Assembly (NCBI GenBank): GCA_016181765.1
Contig: JACOYR010000002.1
Location: 1 to 63,828 of the forward strand
DNA from: Parcubacteria group bacterium
GTDB lineage: Bacteria; Patescibacteriota; Patescibacteriia; UBA2169
DNA length: 63,828 bases
Direction: 5' to 3'
A program made the position numbers and the translations under genes. This document shows, piece after piece, positions 47,519 through 56,342 of this stretch. The notes under the pieces are model-generated. The model worked only from the letters and a program-made list of their open reading frames with translations, ran no database searches and was not told the DNA's origin. Within the stretch, counting starts at the first letter, position 1; each line of letters starts with the position of its first letter.

Positions 47519-49726
47519 CTACCTCGGGCGGAATGGCCGGCCGCGGCCAGGCGGCCCGCCTCTGCGGCCTTCGTGGCCGCCGCCAAAACCCGCGCCTCGG
47601 GGCCGGGGCTCTTTGGTCACGCCCTGCACTTTGAGGTTGATTCTCCCCTGCTCATCAATCTCCATAACTTCAACAGCAAGCGCATCGCCGACTTTAACAA
47701 CATCTTCCACGCGGTCAACGCGCCCTTGCGCAAGGTTTGAAATGTGCACCAAGCCTTCCTTGCCCGGAAGCACTTCCACGAACGCGCCGAAGTCCATGAT
47801 GCGCGTAACTGTGCCCTCGTACTTCTCTCCAGCTTCCACATCGTGCGTCAAGTTCTTGATCCATTCTTCGGCTTTGGCTGCTCCCTCCGGGGTTTCGGAC
47901 GTAATCATCACTAGGCCGTCATCATCAATGTCAATCTCAACTCCGCACGCGTCAATGATTTCGTTGATGGTCTTGCCGCCCGAGCCGATGACAAGGCGGA
48001 TCTTGTCCGGATTGATGGACAAACTGGTGATGCGCGGCGCGTACTGCGAGAGCTCGTTCGGCTGTGCGATGACCGCTTCAATCTTATCAAGAATTTCCAG
48101 GCGGGCTGTTTTTGCCTGCGCGAGCGTTTCTTGTATGATCTGGTTGGTGAGCCCCTGTGTCTTCGTATCAAGCTGGATGGCTGTAATGCCGTCCCGCGTT
48201 CCCGCGACCTTGAAGTCCATGCCGCCGAGCCCGTCTTCCAAATCCTGCAAGTCCGTGAGGATCTTGTAGTTGCCCTCATCATCCGAAGCCAAGCCCATGG
48301 CAATGCCCGAAACCGGCTTTTTGATGGGAACTCCGGCATCCAAAAGCGCGAGCGTTGAGCCGCACACCGAACCCATGGAACTGGATCCGTTTGAACCCAG
48401 GACTTCCGATACCACGCGGATGGTGTACGGAAACTCTTCTTTGGGCGGCAGCATGGGGACAATGGCTTTCTCGGCCAGGGCGCCGTGCCCGATTTCCCTG
48501 CGCCCAGGGCCGCGCAAGGGTCCTGCTTCCCCGACTGAAAACGGCGGGAAATTGTAGTGGTGGAAGTAGCGCTTCTTGGTGTCATTCTCCTCAAGGGTGT
48601 CAAGGATCTGTTCCGAACCCGGCGAATCCAGGGTTGCAACCGAAAGAATCTGGGTCTCTCCGCGGGAGAACAATCCGGAACCGTGCGTGCGCGCCAGCAG
48701 GCCCGCTTCCAGAGTAATGGGCCGGATTTCATCCAACGCCCGTCCGTCAACGCGTTTTCCTTCTTTAAGAATGGCAACGCTCACGCTGCGCTCAATGAAC
48801 TTGGACGCGGCAGCCGCCCCGATCTTGCGCTTTTCCTTGCCCACCTGAAGCGTACGCAAGCGCTCTTCCAGTTGTTCCAAGAGCCCTGCCACGGCCTGCT
48901 TGCGCGAACTCTTGGTCTCCTTGGGGCCAGTAAACAGCACGCCATTGATGCGCTCGGCAACGAACTGCTCCGCTTCCTTGGCCGGGTCAATGCCGGATCC
49001 GTCGTCTTCCGTGGCAAGCGCCTCGGGCTCCTTGAACTTCTCAAGCCCGATTTCGCCCTGCATCTTGGAAAACAAATCAGTGAGTACACCCAACTGCTTT
49101 TGCGCATACCCAACGCCTTCATACACAAGATCTTCGCCCGCCTCTTTGGCGTCAGCCTCAATCATGAGCGTCTTTTCCGCAGTCCCGGCAACCACCAGGT
49201 TCAGCTCTGATTCGCGGCGCGCCGCATAGGACGGGTTGACCGCCCACTCGCCGGCCGCGCTTGATACGCGCACCGCGGCAATGGGCCCCTTCCACGGCAC
49301 GTCGGAAATGGAGAGCGCGGCCGAGGCCGCATTCAAGCCCACGATGTCCGGATCATTCTCCTTGTCAAACGAGAGCACGGTCAGAATAACCTGCACGTCG
49401 TTCTTGAGCCACTTCGGGAACAGGGGCCGCACGGCGCGGTCCACGAGCCGGGCAGAGAGGATGGCCTCGTCAGTGGGCCGTCCCTCGTGCTTAACGAACC
49501 GCGAGCCCTTGATCTTTCCGGCTGCATACAGCTTTTCTTCGTAGTCAACCATTAAAGGAAAGTAGCCAATGTCTTCCCGCGGCTCCCCGGGCATCACCAC
49601 TGTGGCGAGCACCTCGGTGCCGCCGAAGCGCGCCAAAACGCTCGCATTGGCCTGCAAGGCGAGCTTGCCCGTCTTAAACACGAATTCACCTCCGTTCACT
49701 GATACGGTATACTGTTTCTCTTCCAT
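47519..49726 (-). CDS. pnp: Polyribonucleotide nucleotidyltransferase (PNPase) with Arg/Gly-rich C-terminal tail
   Basis: Two RNase PH domains, KH (IGSGGKTINEI), S1 (GTVTRIMDFGAFVEV), and tail RPRGAGFGGGHEGRRGGPPGRGRPFRPR. Confidence 0.95.
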   Translation of the reverse strand: MEEKQYTVSVNGGEFVFKTGKLALQANASVLARFGGTEVLATVVMPGEPREDIGYFPLMVDYEEKLYAAGKIKGSRFVKHEGRPTDEAILSARLVDRAVRPLFPKWLKNDVQVILTVLSFDKENDPDIVGLNAASAALSISDVPWKGPIAAVRVSSAAGEWAVNPSYAARRESELNLVVAGTAEKTLMIEADAKEAGEDLVYEGVGYAQKQLGVLTDLFSKMQGEIGLEKFKEPEALATEDDGSGIDPAKEAEQFVAERINGVLFTGPKETKSSRKQAVAGLLEQLEERLRTLQVGKEKRKIGAAAASKFIERSVSVAILKEGKRVDGRALDEIRPITLEAGLLARTHGSGLFSRGETQILSVATLDSPGSEQILDTLEENDTKKRYFHHYNFPPFSVGEAGPLRGPGRREIGHGALAEKAIVPMLPPKEEFPYTIRVVSEVLGSNGSSSMGSVCGSTLALLDAGVPIKKPVSGIAMGLASDDEGNYKILTDLQDLEDGLGGMDFKVAGTRDGITAIQLDTKTQGLTNQIIQETLAQAKTARLEILDKIEAVIAQPNELSQYAPRITSLSINPDKIRLVIGSGGKTINEIIDACGVEIDIDDDGLVMITSETPEGAAKAEEWIKNLTHDVEAGEKYEGTVTRIMDFGAFVEVLPGKEGLVHISNLAQGRVDRVEDVVKVGDALAVEVMEIDEQGRINLKVQGVTKEPRPRGAGFGGGHEGRRGGPPGRGRPFRPR

Positions 49727-49844
49727 AAAAACTCCTCGGCAGTGGAGGCCGCACCGGAGTCTATTTAATCTCGCCTCATCGCAGAATGAGAAGAGGTTAA
49801 ATAAACCCGCTCGCGTAGGCCCTGGCTGCCCTACTAATAATTGC

Positions 49845-50345
49845 TTATCGCTTGATTAAGAACTTTTTGCTTTCTCCCAGGTCAGTGAACAGGTCAGCTG
49901 ATTCCTTGAGCTTGCTGGACGCGGTCTTGGTGAACGCCATGACCTCCACCACGCATCCTTCGCTGTACTTGAGGTACGAAACCAGCGGCTCAAAGTCGCC
50001 GTCCCCGGAAACGAGCACCACGGCATCCAGCTTTGCGGCCATGCGGATCGCGTCCATGCAGATGCCCACGTCCCAGTCCCCCTTTTTGGCGCCCCCGAGG
50101 AACACCTGCAGCTCGCGCGACTTGACCTCAAACCCGATTTTTGCGAGCGCCGCAAAAAAATTATCTTCATCTGACTGCGGGCCTTTCACGGTATACGCAA
50201 TGGCGCGGATGAGCTCGCGCTCACCCACGGCCTCCTCCAGGACCTTCCCGAAATTCACTTTTGCATCAAACAAATTTTTGGCTGAATAGTACATGTTCTG
50301 GATATCCACGAACACGCCTACCCTCTGTGCTTTGTACTGTGCCAT
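49845..50345 (-). CDS. NYN-domain (LabA-like) protein
   Basis: RVGVFVDIQNMYYS...VVLVSGDGDFEPLV. Confidence 0.8.
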   Translation of the reverse strand: MAQYKAQRVGVFVDIQNMYYSAKNLFDAKVNFGKVLEEAVGERELIRAIAYTVKGPQSDEDNFFAALAKIGFEVKSRELQVFLGGAKKGDWDVGICMDAIRMAAKLDAVVLVSGDGDFEPLVSYLKYSEGCVVEVMAFTKTASSKLKESADLFTDLGESKKFLIKR

Positions 50346-50351
50346 ATGCCT

Positions 50352-50380
50352 ACACTACAAAAAAATATATAAAAAGTCAA
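50352..50380 (-). promoter_or_regulatory. Promoter of the NYN gene (leaderless-type)
   Basis: On the minus strand: TTGACT, 17 nt, TAGTGT, 6 nt, ATG. Confidence 0.5.
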
Positions 50381-50405
50381 GTATTGACGGTTCTTTGTCG
50401 GCGCT

Positions 50406-52481
50406 TTATGAACTGCTGCGGCGCGCATACTCATCGGCCGTCCGCCACACTGATGCCGGAATTGCGGGGTGCACCAGGCCCGGCCCAAAACGCAGGGTGT
50501 GCGCGATCTCGGACGAGGTGTACCCTCCGTACAGATACGCGTTCACGAGCTTGGGCCAGTGCGAGCGCGGATTCGGAATTCTTCCGGAGCCGAACTCAAG
50601 CTCCAGGGCCGACCGGAGTTCTGCGGCTTGGTACCGCTCCTCGGCAAGCGAGGAAAGGCGCGCTCTGCCGTACGCAAACGATCCCGCAACGGATGCGGCA
50701 TCGGAAACCAATGCTTTTCTGCCCGGGCCCAAAGGGTCGTAGCCGTTGAGCGCCTCGGTGCCGTCGCTGTGCCCGTCCTGGTCTGAATCGGCATCCCAGG
50801 GGTCAGTGCCATACTGGTACTCAAAAAAGAGGGGGAGCCCGTCTGCGTCATGGTCAGCTAAAACATCATCCTTAAGGTGCGGGTGGAAGCCGTGGACGCG
50901 CTCCCACGCATCCGGCAAGCCGTCCGCGTCCGTGTCAAAACCTGTGTCAAGGCTTGAGAGCGTTGCAATGCCAGGTACCTGCGGATTGCGCTCGGACTGC
51001 AGGCCGTTTTGGTCAACCGCAACCACGGTGTAGTAGTACTGCTGGTTTGCCTGCACGGAGCGTGTGTTCAAAAACCCGCTGCCGCGGTATCCGGAAGCAA
51101 CGAGATCCCCCTGCGTTGCGGGGTCAGTGCTGCGGTAAATGGAAACAGACGCGTACAAGTGCGGTTCGGGGTTCTGCCACGCAAGCTTAAGGGAAGTCCC
51201 GTCCCCGAGGTCGCGCACCGAGAGTTTGGCAACCGGAGGCGGGGGCGTGGAACCGCGGGTGCGCGCAAACGGGAATGCGCTCGCCAATGTTGCATCCGCA
51301 CCCTCGCGGCCTGCGCTGTCCACGGTCTTAACCGCGTAATAGTACGTAATGCCGTTTTCCAGTGAACGGTCCTCGTACCAGGATCCGCCCACGCGGTCCG
51401 CAACCAGGCTGCCCAGGGCAGGAACCGTATTCCGGTAGATGCGCAGGTACGAAAAATTGTTTGATGGCGGGTTCTGCCACGAAAGCTTGACGGCTCCGGA
51501 AGACCCAGTCCCCTGGGCCACAAGGCCCGTAACCGGCAGCAAAACGTCCTGGCCCGCTGCATCGGCAACAACCGCGCGCCTGGGCTCGCTCTCGCTTTTC
51601 ACCGCGCGGTTTGCGCCCAATGCCTGCACGCGGTAGTAGTACGCGGTGCCGCGGGGCAGATCGCGTTCCGTAAAGCTCCGGGACGTGGTTTCAATGCGAA
51701 AATCACCCCGCTCGTTTTCGTTCTGCGAGCGGTACACGCGGTATGCGGAAACGTCCGCGTCCGAGGGCTTAGTCCAGGAAATGGACACTCCTCCGGCACG
51801 ATCCGCTCCTCCGGACAGCACGGGCTTTTCCGCTTCCAAGGCACTCGCGGAAGCGCTCGCAACGCCCGAGTCCCCGGACTGCACGTTGCCGGTGTTTACG
51901 GAACGCACGCGGTAGTAGTACGCAATCCCGTTGTTTACGGACCGGTCAATGTACTCGGTCCCGGACACCCGGCTTCCAACGCGCGAACCTGCGGATGCGA
52001 GCGCGGTTGAGCGGTACACATCAAACGTAAGCACGAGCCCGGGGTCAGGCCGCTCCCAGGTAACCTTGATGCTCCTGCCCTCGCCCGTATCCTGCGCCGC
52101 GACCGCAACCGGAGCCGGGACCACGGGCTTTGCGGATGCCTGCTGGGAAGGCGCGGAATCAATGCCCGCACTGGTCGCGACCACGCGGTAATAGTAGGTG
52201 ACGTTGAACGAAACGCCGGAGTCAATAAACTCAAGGCCCGAAACCAGGCCGAGCGAGGTGCCCAAGCCCCCGCCCGTGGCAGAGCGGTGCACGCGGTACA
52301 GGCTTGCGCTCGCGGTAGGAGATGCCGCCCACGCAACGCGCACGGCCTGGCTAAAGCCGTGCTGGGCTGCGGACACATCTGGCGGCGGCTCAATCACATC
52401 TTGGCCGGTCGCAACCCCGGCGCTCCCGGCAGAGAGCGCGATCAGCCCGAGCGTCGCAATGGTGGTAAAAAACGGTTTCAT
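50406..52481 (-). CDS. Secreted protein with about six Fn3-like repeats and Tsp3-like Ca-binding repeats
   Basis: Signal peptide, then a repeated ...Y.VYRS....G......S...Y.D..V.NG..YYYRV pattern. DTDADGLPDAWE, DHDADGLP, DADSDQDGHSDG. Confidence 0.8.
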   Translation of the reverse strand: MKPFFTTIATLGLIALSAGSAGVATGQDVIEPPPDVSAAQHGFSQAVRVAWAASPTASASLYRVHRSATGGGLGTSLGLVSGLEFIDSGVSFNVTYYYRVVATSAGIDSAPSQQASAKPVVPAPVAVAAQDTGEGRSIKVTWERPDPGLVLTFDVYRSTALASAGSRVGSRVSGTEYIDRSVNNGIAYYYRVRSVNTGNVQSGDSGVASASASALEAEKPVLSGGADRAGGVSISWTKPSDADVSAYRVYRSQNENERGDFRIETTSRSFTERDLPRGTAYYYRVQALGANRAVKSESEPRRAVVADAAGQDVLLPVTGLVAQGTGSSGAVKLSWQNPPSNNFSYLRIYRNTVPALGSLVADRVGGSWYEDRSLENGITYYYAVKTVDSAGREGADATLASAFPFARTRGSTPPPPVAKLSVRDLGDGTSLKLAWQNPEPHLYASVSIYRSTDPATQGDLVASGYRGSGFLNTRSVQANQQYYYTVVAVDQNGLQSERNPQVPGIATLSSLDTGFDTDADGLPDAWERVHGFHPHLKDDVLADHDADGLPLFFEYQYGTDPWDADSDQDGHSDGTEALNGYDPLGPGRKALVSDAASVAGSFAYGRARLSSLAEERYQAAELRSALELEFGSGRIPNPRSHWPKLVNAYLYGGYTSSEIAHTLRFGPGLVHPAIPASVWRTADEYARRSSS

Positions 52482-52524
52482 ATTACACTAAACCCTACAC
52501 AGATAGGTAGGGTTTAGATGAAGA

Positions 52525-52890
52525 TTAACTGTGGCCGCCGGAAGCGTCCGCCGGCGCTTCCTCTTCTGATGAACCCTCCTCGGTTATCGCGGTTTCGTCC
52601 TCCGGAGCCAGCGTGTGCTCGGCGCGCCTCTTGATGTGCAGCGCCTTGATGATGCTCTCGTAGGATTCCCCGTTTTCGCGCTGCAGGTAGTGCAGGAGCT
52701 TGCGGCGCTGCGAAACCTTTTTAATGAGGCCCCGGCGCGAAGAAAAGTCTTTCTTGTGCCCCTTCAGGTGTTCGGTGAGATCCTTGATCTCGGCCGAGAG
52801 AATGGCAATCTGCACCTCCGGAGACCCGGTGTCATTCTCGTGGGTCTTGTACTTTGCAATGATGCGATCTTTCTTCTTCTTATCAAGCAT
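52525..52890 (-). CDS. rpsO: Ribosomal protein S15 with acidic C-terminal extension
   Basis: HENDTGSPEVQIAILSAEIKDLTEHLKGHKKDFSSRRGL, plus about 33 extra residues rich in E/S/A. Confidence 0.9.
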   Translation of the reverse strand: MLDKKKKDRIIAKYKTHENDTGSPEVQIAILSAEIKDLTEHLKGHKKDFSSRRGLIKKVSQRRKLLHYLQRENGESYESIIKALHIKRRAEHTLAPEDETAITEEGSSEEEAPADASGGHS

Positions 52891-52992
52891 ATCGTTGATA
52901 GTTAGTGATAGGCGGCATCCGAGTGGGCGGCGATCAAGCGCGCACCAAGGTACCGTAGCATGATGATTGCAATCTACCTGATTTGAGGCTTG

Positions 52993-53021
52993 TTGTCAAG
53001 AACGCGCAAGTGTCTTACAAT
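52993..53021 (+). promoter_or_regulatory. Promoter of the recombinase gene (leaderless-type)
   Basis: TTGTCA, 17 nt, TACAAT, 6 nt, ATG at 53028. Confidence 0.5.
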
Positions 53022-53027
53022 AATAGC

Positions 53028-53969
53028 ATGAAAAAACTTTCTTCCCTCATCACTGATTTCCTTGAGTACCTTGAGATAGAAAAAGGGCGCGCCCCGGCAA
53101 CGCTCGGGAATTACGATTTCTACTTGCGGCGCTTTGCGCAGTGGGCGCGCGACCCCGGCCCGGGGCACATCACCATGGACGCGGTGCGCAGGTACCGGCT
53201 CTGGCTCAACCGCTACCAGGACCCGAAAACCCGCCAGCAGCTTTCCGCTAAAACCCAGAACTACCACCTGATTGCCCTGCGGAGTTTTTTGAAGTACCTC
53301 GCGCGCCAGGACATCCAGTCCTTGGCTCCCGAAAAAATTGAGCTCGGCCGCCAGGTGACCAGGGAGGTTGATTTTTTGGACGCTGATGACGTGGAGCGCC
53401 TGCTCGGCGCTCCTATGAAATCCGATGCAGCGGACATCATCAAGCTGCGCGACAAGGCGATTCTTGAAACGCTGTTCTCAACCGGCTTGCGCGTTTCGGA
53501 ACTGACTGCATTGACGCGCGAAATGGTTAGCCTCGCCAAGGATGAATTCACGGTGCGCGGCAAAGGCGGAAAGCTGCGCCTCGTGTTTCTATCTGATGCG
53601 GCCAAAGACGCCATCAGGCGCTACTTGGACAAGCGGACCGGCGTTGAGGGAGCGCTCTTTATCTCGCACGACCGCGCGCAAAAAGCCGAGTCAAGAAAAA
53701 ACAGCGCATCGCGCGCGCTGACCCCGCGGTCCGTGCAGCGCATCGTGGAAAAGCATGCCGTTGCCGCGGGCATCACAAAAGAAATCACTCCCCACACCCT
53801 GCGGCACTCGTTTGCCACTGACCTGCTCTCAAACGGCGCGGACCTGCGCGCGGTGCAAACCATGCTCGGGCACGAATCAATCACCACCACCCAGATTTAC
53901 ACGCACGTCACCAATAAACGGCTCAAAGACGTCTACCGCGCGTACCACGGAACAGCGGCCGCGCATTGA
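53028..53969 (+). CDS. xerC: Tyrosine recombinase, XerC/XerD-like
   Basis: N-terminal SAM-like domain and the catalytic residues in GLRVSEL, HTLRHSFAT, LGHESITTTQIYTH. Confidence 0.85.
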   Translation: MKKLSSLITDFLEYLEIEKGRAPATLGNYDFYLRRFAQWARDPGPGHITMDAVRRYRLWLNRYQDPKTRQQLSAKTQNYHLIALRSFLKYLARQDIQSLAPEKIELGRQVTREVDFLDADDVERLLGAPMKSDAADIIKLRDKAILETLFSTGLRVSELTALTREMVSLAKDEFTVRGKGGKLRLVFLSDAAKDAIRRYLDKRTGVEGALFISHDRAQKAESRKNSASRALTPRSVQRIVEKHAVAAGITKEITPHTLRHSFATDLLSNGADLRAVQTMLGHESITTTQIYTHVTNKRLKDVYRAYHGTAAAH

Positions 53970-54029
53970 CAAAACTGATTTTTTTCTGTTAAATGGCTAG
54001 TATCCTCAAAAGGACCGAGCCTACGACGA

Positions 54030-54104
54030 GCCCTCGTAGTTCAATGGATAGAACACCAGCCTTCTAAGTTGGTTATGCAGGTTCGATTCCTGCCGAGGGT
54101 ACCA
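54030..54104 (+). tRNA. tRNA-Arg (TCT), CCA encoded
   Basis: Hand-folded, 75 nt. Anticodon loop CTTCTAA, T arm GCAGG-TTCGATT-CCTGC. Confidence 0.9.
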
Positions 54105-54105
54105 T

Positions 54106-54180
54106 GGCGGCTATAGTTTAATGGCAGAACATCGGGTTGTGGTCCCGAATGCGAGGGTTCGATTCCCTCTAGCCGCCCCA
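54106..54180 (+). tRNA. tRNA-His (GTG) with encoded G-1, CCA encoded
   Basis: Hand-folded. Anticodon loop TTGTGGT. An extra 5' G sits opposite the discriminator C. Confidence 0.9.
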
Positions 54181-54181
54181 C

Positions 54182-54211
54182 AAAAAAACCCGCCGAACCG
54201 GCGGGTTTTTT
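54182..54211. terminator. Bidirectional intrinsic terminator
   Basis: ACCCGCCG-aacc-GGCGGGT stem with an A7 / T6 flank. Confidence 0.7.
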
Positions 54212-54223
54212 GCATCAAACGTT

Positions 54224-54463
54224 TTACCTGAAAATGTTGAGTATTGATTTCCAGCCCGTGTACCGGGGCCGCTCATCCCCCTTTTCGGAATCATCAGAAT
54301 CAAGAGCTGTAGTATTCCCCTTAACATACTCAAGGGGCGCAACGTATGCGCCGGTGTAGCGGGTGTAATTCTTGACCATGACCATGGCGTTTGCCGATGG
54401 GGCCAGAAACAGGGAAGCAGCCAGTACCAAGCAGAAAAGTGCCCTATATATGCCTGTTTTCAT
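54224..54463 (-). CDS. Small secreted protein (79 aa)
   Basis: AAGGAG lies 8 nt upstream. Signal peptide MKTGIYRALFCLVLAASLFLAPSANA. Confidence 0.5.
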   Translation of the reverse strand: MKTGIYRALFCLVLAASLFLAPSANAMVMVKNYTRYTGAYVAPLEYVKGNTTALDSDDSEKGDERPRYTGWKSILNIFR

Positions 54464-54562
54464 ATGTATACTCCTTGTTAAAAACAAGAGTATATGGTAC
54501 TCCTTTTGGGCCAAAAAGTCAACCCCTCCGCCTGCGGGCAGAGGGGTTGGACGGAAAACGCA

Positions 54563-55291
54563 TTAGTTCAGTACCGAATCAAAAAACGACTTGAGCTGGG
54601 CGTAGGAAACTGATCCGTTCACGGGAATCTTTTCCCCGTCCGGGGTCACGATCACGGAGTAGGGCGTGCCCTGCCCGCCCGCAACAACCGCGTCATTGGC
54701 CTGCTGCTGCACTTTCTCGGCCCAGCGGCCGGACTCAAGGCACGCGGTAAAATCCGCGCGGTCAATGCCTGCGTACTCGGCAATATCCGGGAGCTCGTCC
54801 ACATCAAGCCCGTTATTGGAAGGGGTCACCTCAAACACGCGGTCAATAAACGCCCAGAACCCGTCATTGCCTCCGAGCTCGCCCGCGCACTCTGCTGCTT
54901 CAGCTTCTTTTGGAGCCTTGGGGTGGATTGAGGTCAAAGGAAAATGGCGGTACACCCAACGCACGCGGTCTTTGTATTCGTCAACGGCCTGGGAAATTTC
55001 GGGATGGAAGCTCTTGCAGTACGGGCACTCAAGGTCCGAGTACTCAACAATGGTAACTCCGGCTTCGGGGTTTCCGCGCATCCAATCCGAATCCGTGACC
55101 GGGGCGAAATTGATGGCCGGAGCCTCGGGTGCCGCATTCCCGGCAACCGCGGACGGGTTTGCCGCCTGCGGAGCAGGAGCTTCTTCTGTGCGTAAAACCA
55201 TGATGAGGAGCACAAAAAAGCCGACCACGAAAAATACGGCCAAAGCCGCGCCAATGCCCGCCAGGAAGCTCTGTTTGGTTGAGAGTGCCAT
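54563..55291 (-). CDS. Membrane-anchored DsbA-family thiol:disulfide oxidoreductase
   Basis: TM helix and thioredoxin-fold active site CPYC (YSDLECPYCKSFH). Confidence 0.8.
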   Translation of the reverse strand: MALSTKQSFLAGIGAALAVFFVVGFFVLLIMVLRTEEAPAPQAANPSAVAGNAAPEAPAINFAPVTDSDWMRGNPEAGVTIVEYSDLECPYCKSFHPEISQAVDEYKDRVRWVYRHFPLTSIHPKAPKEAEAAECAGELGGNDGFWAFIDRVFEVTPSNNGLDVDELPDIAEYAGIDRADFTACLESGRWAEKVQQQANDAVVAGGQGTPYSVIVTPDGEKIPVNGSVSYAQLKSFFDSVLN

Positions 55292-55474
55292 GTGTGTATG
55301 TGGTTACTGTTCAAACGTGGTGTTAAAGGTACCAAACCAAGCGCGCCCCTGTCAAGGCGCGTGTTGATAAAGACGCTGGTCAATACCGGCGGCTTTGTGG
55401 TAGGTTGAAAGCATCACTCGGAGGGCACGCGCGGTGCCCTTTTACAATCCACCGAGCAGAAGAGGAGGCTCCTC

Positions 55475-56269
55475 GTGCAAAACACAGATTGCTATGTTGA
55501 TCTGAAGTGCGGCGAGCGGGAGACTATGCTCTTTTTCCTGCTCAACGCGCTCCTGCAGTCGCGGATAGAGACGGGCCACGAGTCAGACGGCGACGAAGAG
55601 GTTAATGTCTACATGGCCGGACTCTTGCACTCACTGGTGGACGGCAGGTTCTATGTGGACAATGCCGACCACCTGGCCGCGTCACCGCTTGATGTGGCAC
55701 ATATAGCTGATCAGGCCGGAACAACCCGCGGCAAAGCCAACGTCTACCGCACCAATGCCGACCACCTCCTTGCGGCGTTTGGCTTGTTTGGCGGAGACGG
55801 GAACCGTATCTCGCGGTACCACAGGGCCATGGTTCTCCAGCAAACCGAAGCGAGTCTTGAGCACGCTCGCGAGTTCTACGAATGGGCAGTCTTGTTCTAT
55901 GCCCGCATGCCAGCCCGGTATCGCGGCCTGGCCCTGACCTTGAACAAGCTCTCTGCCGGGTTTGACACCTACCGCCAGGTGCTTAGCCACATGGGCGCAA
56001 ACTACATCGGTCTGCTCGCACGGCTGTCTGCGGGCCAGATGGCGCATCTGGAGCACGATGCCCACCAGGCGGCACTGCCTGCGATTGCGGAGCATGCCCT
56101 TGACCGCATGCTGGACGCGTACACCCGCTGGCGCGGCCAACCGACCGCTGCCAACCGGCGGCGCTTCATGGAGGCAAGCGGCCCGTACTGCCAGCTCAAA
56201 CCCGACTTCAATCCCGCAACACTCGTTCCTGAACCGCCGACACAAGGAGGAAACGCAAGAGAAAACTAG
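55475..56269 (+). CDS. Hypothetical protein (264 aa)
   Basis: GAGGAGG lies 6 nt upstream of the GTG. A terminator follows. I recognise no motif. Confidence 0.55.
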   Translation: MQNTDCYVDLKCGERETMLFFLLNALLQSRIETGHESDGDEEVNVYMAGLLHSLVDGRFYVDNADHLAASPLDVAHIADQAGTTRGKANVYRTNADHLLAAFGLFGGDGNRISRYHRAMVLQQTEASLEHAREFYEWAVLFYARMPARYRGLALTLNKLSAGFDTYRQVLSHMGANYIGLLARLSAGQMAHLEHDAHQAALPAIAEHALDRMLDAYTRWRGQPTAANRRRFMEASGPYCQLKPDFNPATLVPEPPTQGGNAREN

Positions 56270-56287
56270 GATGGGAGACCCCATCCG

Positions 56288-56328
56288 AAAAGCCCCGCCC
56301 GGAACACCGGACGGGGCTTCCTTTTTTT
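56288..56328. terminator. Bidirectional intrinsic terminator
   Basis: AAGCCCCGCCCGG-aaca-CCGGACGGGGCTT stem, then CCT7. Confidence 0.7.
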
Positions 56329-56342
56329 ACCATGATGACGAT

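Noticed and set aside
53028-54180. Tyrosine recombinase next to tRNA-Arg/tRNA-His as the edge of an integrated element
   Set aside because: The recombinase has the full XerC/XerD-type layout and a housekeeping-like context. I saw no direct repeat of a tRNA 3' end elsewhere in the window.
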